A stretch of 64,000 bases of DNA from Sporopachydermia quercuum. Lineage: Eukaryota. Location: positions 248,001-312,000 of the forward strand of contig BCGN01000008.1 in assembly GCA_001599295.1 (NCBI GenBank), read 5' to 3'. Every line of letters begins with the position of its first letter. The stretch's first letter is position 1. The translations under genes were made by a program, and so were the position numbers. Shown here piece by piece: positions 62,301-64,000 of the stretch. The notes below the pieces were generated by a model. The model was not told the DNA's origin, did no database searches, and saw nothing but the letters and a program-made list of their open reading frames with translations.

Positions 62301-63455
62301 TATTATTATGAGGGATGATTAAGAGATGATGTTTCTCAATCGCTATAACCATCAATGATAAGATAAATCGGCAAAGTTCAGTATACGTGAATTCGATGAG
62401 CACAATAAGCTCAAGAGTACCTTCGTTTCTTCACTTGACAACCTTTGTGAATCTCTACGGTTTACTACCAGAATAACTATTTCTGTCAACTTACGTAGCT
62501 AAGCATGGAATTCAAGAGTTAGGATTCGCACAAACCCCATCATTGATTATTACAAGAAATAACTTGAAGTCGTTCCACTTTAAACTCCCGTCTCTACCCT
62601 GACTCTCATAGACACTACTAGTCGAGTTGATTCATTACTACCGGACAGAATCACGTACTCATCAAGTCTCCTATGTTCTTTCTTTCTTCTCTTCCATTGT
62701 GTTCATTCACTACGATGCCTCATTTATCGCTTGCATACTCTCAACACGTTGAAGAAGATAATGCGCTTTACGCTTCTGTATATACTTAAGATTTACAATA
62801 GTTTTATCTGTAACATTTGCAATACAGTTTTAGTTCTTTATTAAGTTTTGAACTTATATTCAAGCTTAACCTAATATTAAGGTCTCGTTCCGGTATACCA
62901 CAAAAAATCAAACCTTCACTACCTATCCTTATCAATCTGGTTAAGCTAAGGTACAGTTTTTTCAATATCTTTATTTTACTAACTTTAATTTAAGTTTGAA
63001 TTCTAACGGACGGTGAAGGAAACCCTGTTTATATCAATATGCGAGTTGAATATTCTACTTTCTACATCTCTTATAAACCACCGCTTCTACTATTTACTAC
63101 TTGGGGCATATATATCTTGGATTATCGGGATATCAACGAAGCAAGTGAATTATCAAATGAAAAATAGAAAGTTATAGTTGAAAATTTCGCTGTGAGAAAT
63201 GCTATAAAAAGAAATTAATATCCAAATAAAGTGAAAAAATATCTGACTGAATTGGGTAACTTTATAGATTTCTTATAATCTTTCATCCTGATTCTCAACA
63301 CTATAGTGAACTATCAGCAATACCTAACAGCAAATCGTACTCTCTCATCCCATACCTAGGTGGATTTATCATAGTCAGGCTGCGCTATACTGTACTGTAC
63401 AGCTGATAAATATCAAAATCAATTGTCAGATATATTGTCACAAGTTCTTCTCATC

Positions 63456-64000
63456 ATGTCGTCAACAGATCAGAAACCTATACCTGTTGATGTAGAGAAA
63501 ACTCTCTACGTAACCAGTGAGAACTCACTAAGTAATTCAGTTTCAAACTCAACACTAGAAAATGATTTTCTCGCTGCTGAAAATGTTGATTTGGTTGATT
63601 TAAATCATAAGGATAAAGTATTATCTGCCAAAATGTACCTAGTGAATAACGCTCTTGATGAGATTGGATTTACCTGGTATCACTTCAAAATCTTCTGTTT
63701 ATCAGGTATGGGATACGCTGTGGATTCTCAGTTAACAATGTTACAGAGTTTTACTTTAACAGCGGTGAAAAATGAATTTGGGGTTGCGTTTCCAGTATCC
63801 GGTATTATGTTATACTCAGGCTTATTAGTTGGTGCATTACTATGGGGTTTCAGTGCTGATATAATTGGTAGAAAGTTTGCATTTAATACTTCATTAATAT
63901 TTTCTGCTGTATTTGGTTTGATAGTTGGTGGTATGCCAAATTATGCTGGTTATTGTGTTATGGTTTTCTTGACTTCTGCCGGTTCCGGTGGTAATTTGGT
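63456..64000 (+). CDS. MFS transporter (sugar-porter/SV2-like), N-terminal part; runs off the right edge
   Basis: Open frame MSSTDQKP..SAKMYLVNNALDEIGFTWYHFKIFCLSGMGYAVD..GALLWGFSADIIGRKFAFN..GGNL, including MFS motif A. Confidence 0.88.
   Translation, partial: MSSTDQKPIPVDVEKTLYVTSENSLSNSVSNSTLENDFLAAENVDLVDLNHKDKVLSAKMYLVNNALDEIGFTWYHFKIFCLSGMGYAVDSQLTMLQSFTLTAVKNEFGVAFPVSGIMLYSGLLVGALLWGFSADIIGRKFAFNTSLIFSAVFGLIVGGMPNYAGYCVMVFLTSAGSGGNL

Overview
AT-rich nuclear DNA from a budding yeast (Saccharomycotina) that reads CTG as Leu and is intron-rich for this group. I can support 20 protein-coding genes, eight of them spliced, with 19 coding-region introns reconstructed by hand from GT..branch..AG signals and reading-frame continuity. 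In order: PIB2-like (partial), p24/ERP2-like, FLC, a secreted YGL138C/Spo77-like protein, a PCL8/10 cyclin, RPL1, VPS1, PRY, LAP3, TMA22, SKI6/RRP41, FYV8, GPI14, a YOR292C-like Mpv17 protein, RPS10, PEF1, SPR3, DEP1, NOP12 and an MFS transporter (partial). There is also one intron-containing tRNA-Arg(UCU). Several gene neighbourhoods match S. cerevisiae order as I recall it. The most interesting unexplained signals are an orphan spliceosomal intron with C/D-box features between RPS10 and PEF1, two non-productive splice options inside TMA22, and 7-8 kb gene-free gaps. I found no mobile element, CRISPR array or clearly novel multi-gene system. Gene names rest on remembered motifs, not database searches.
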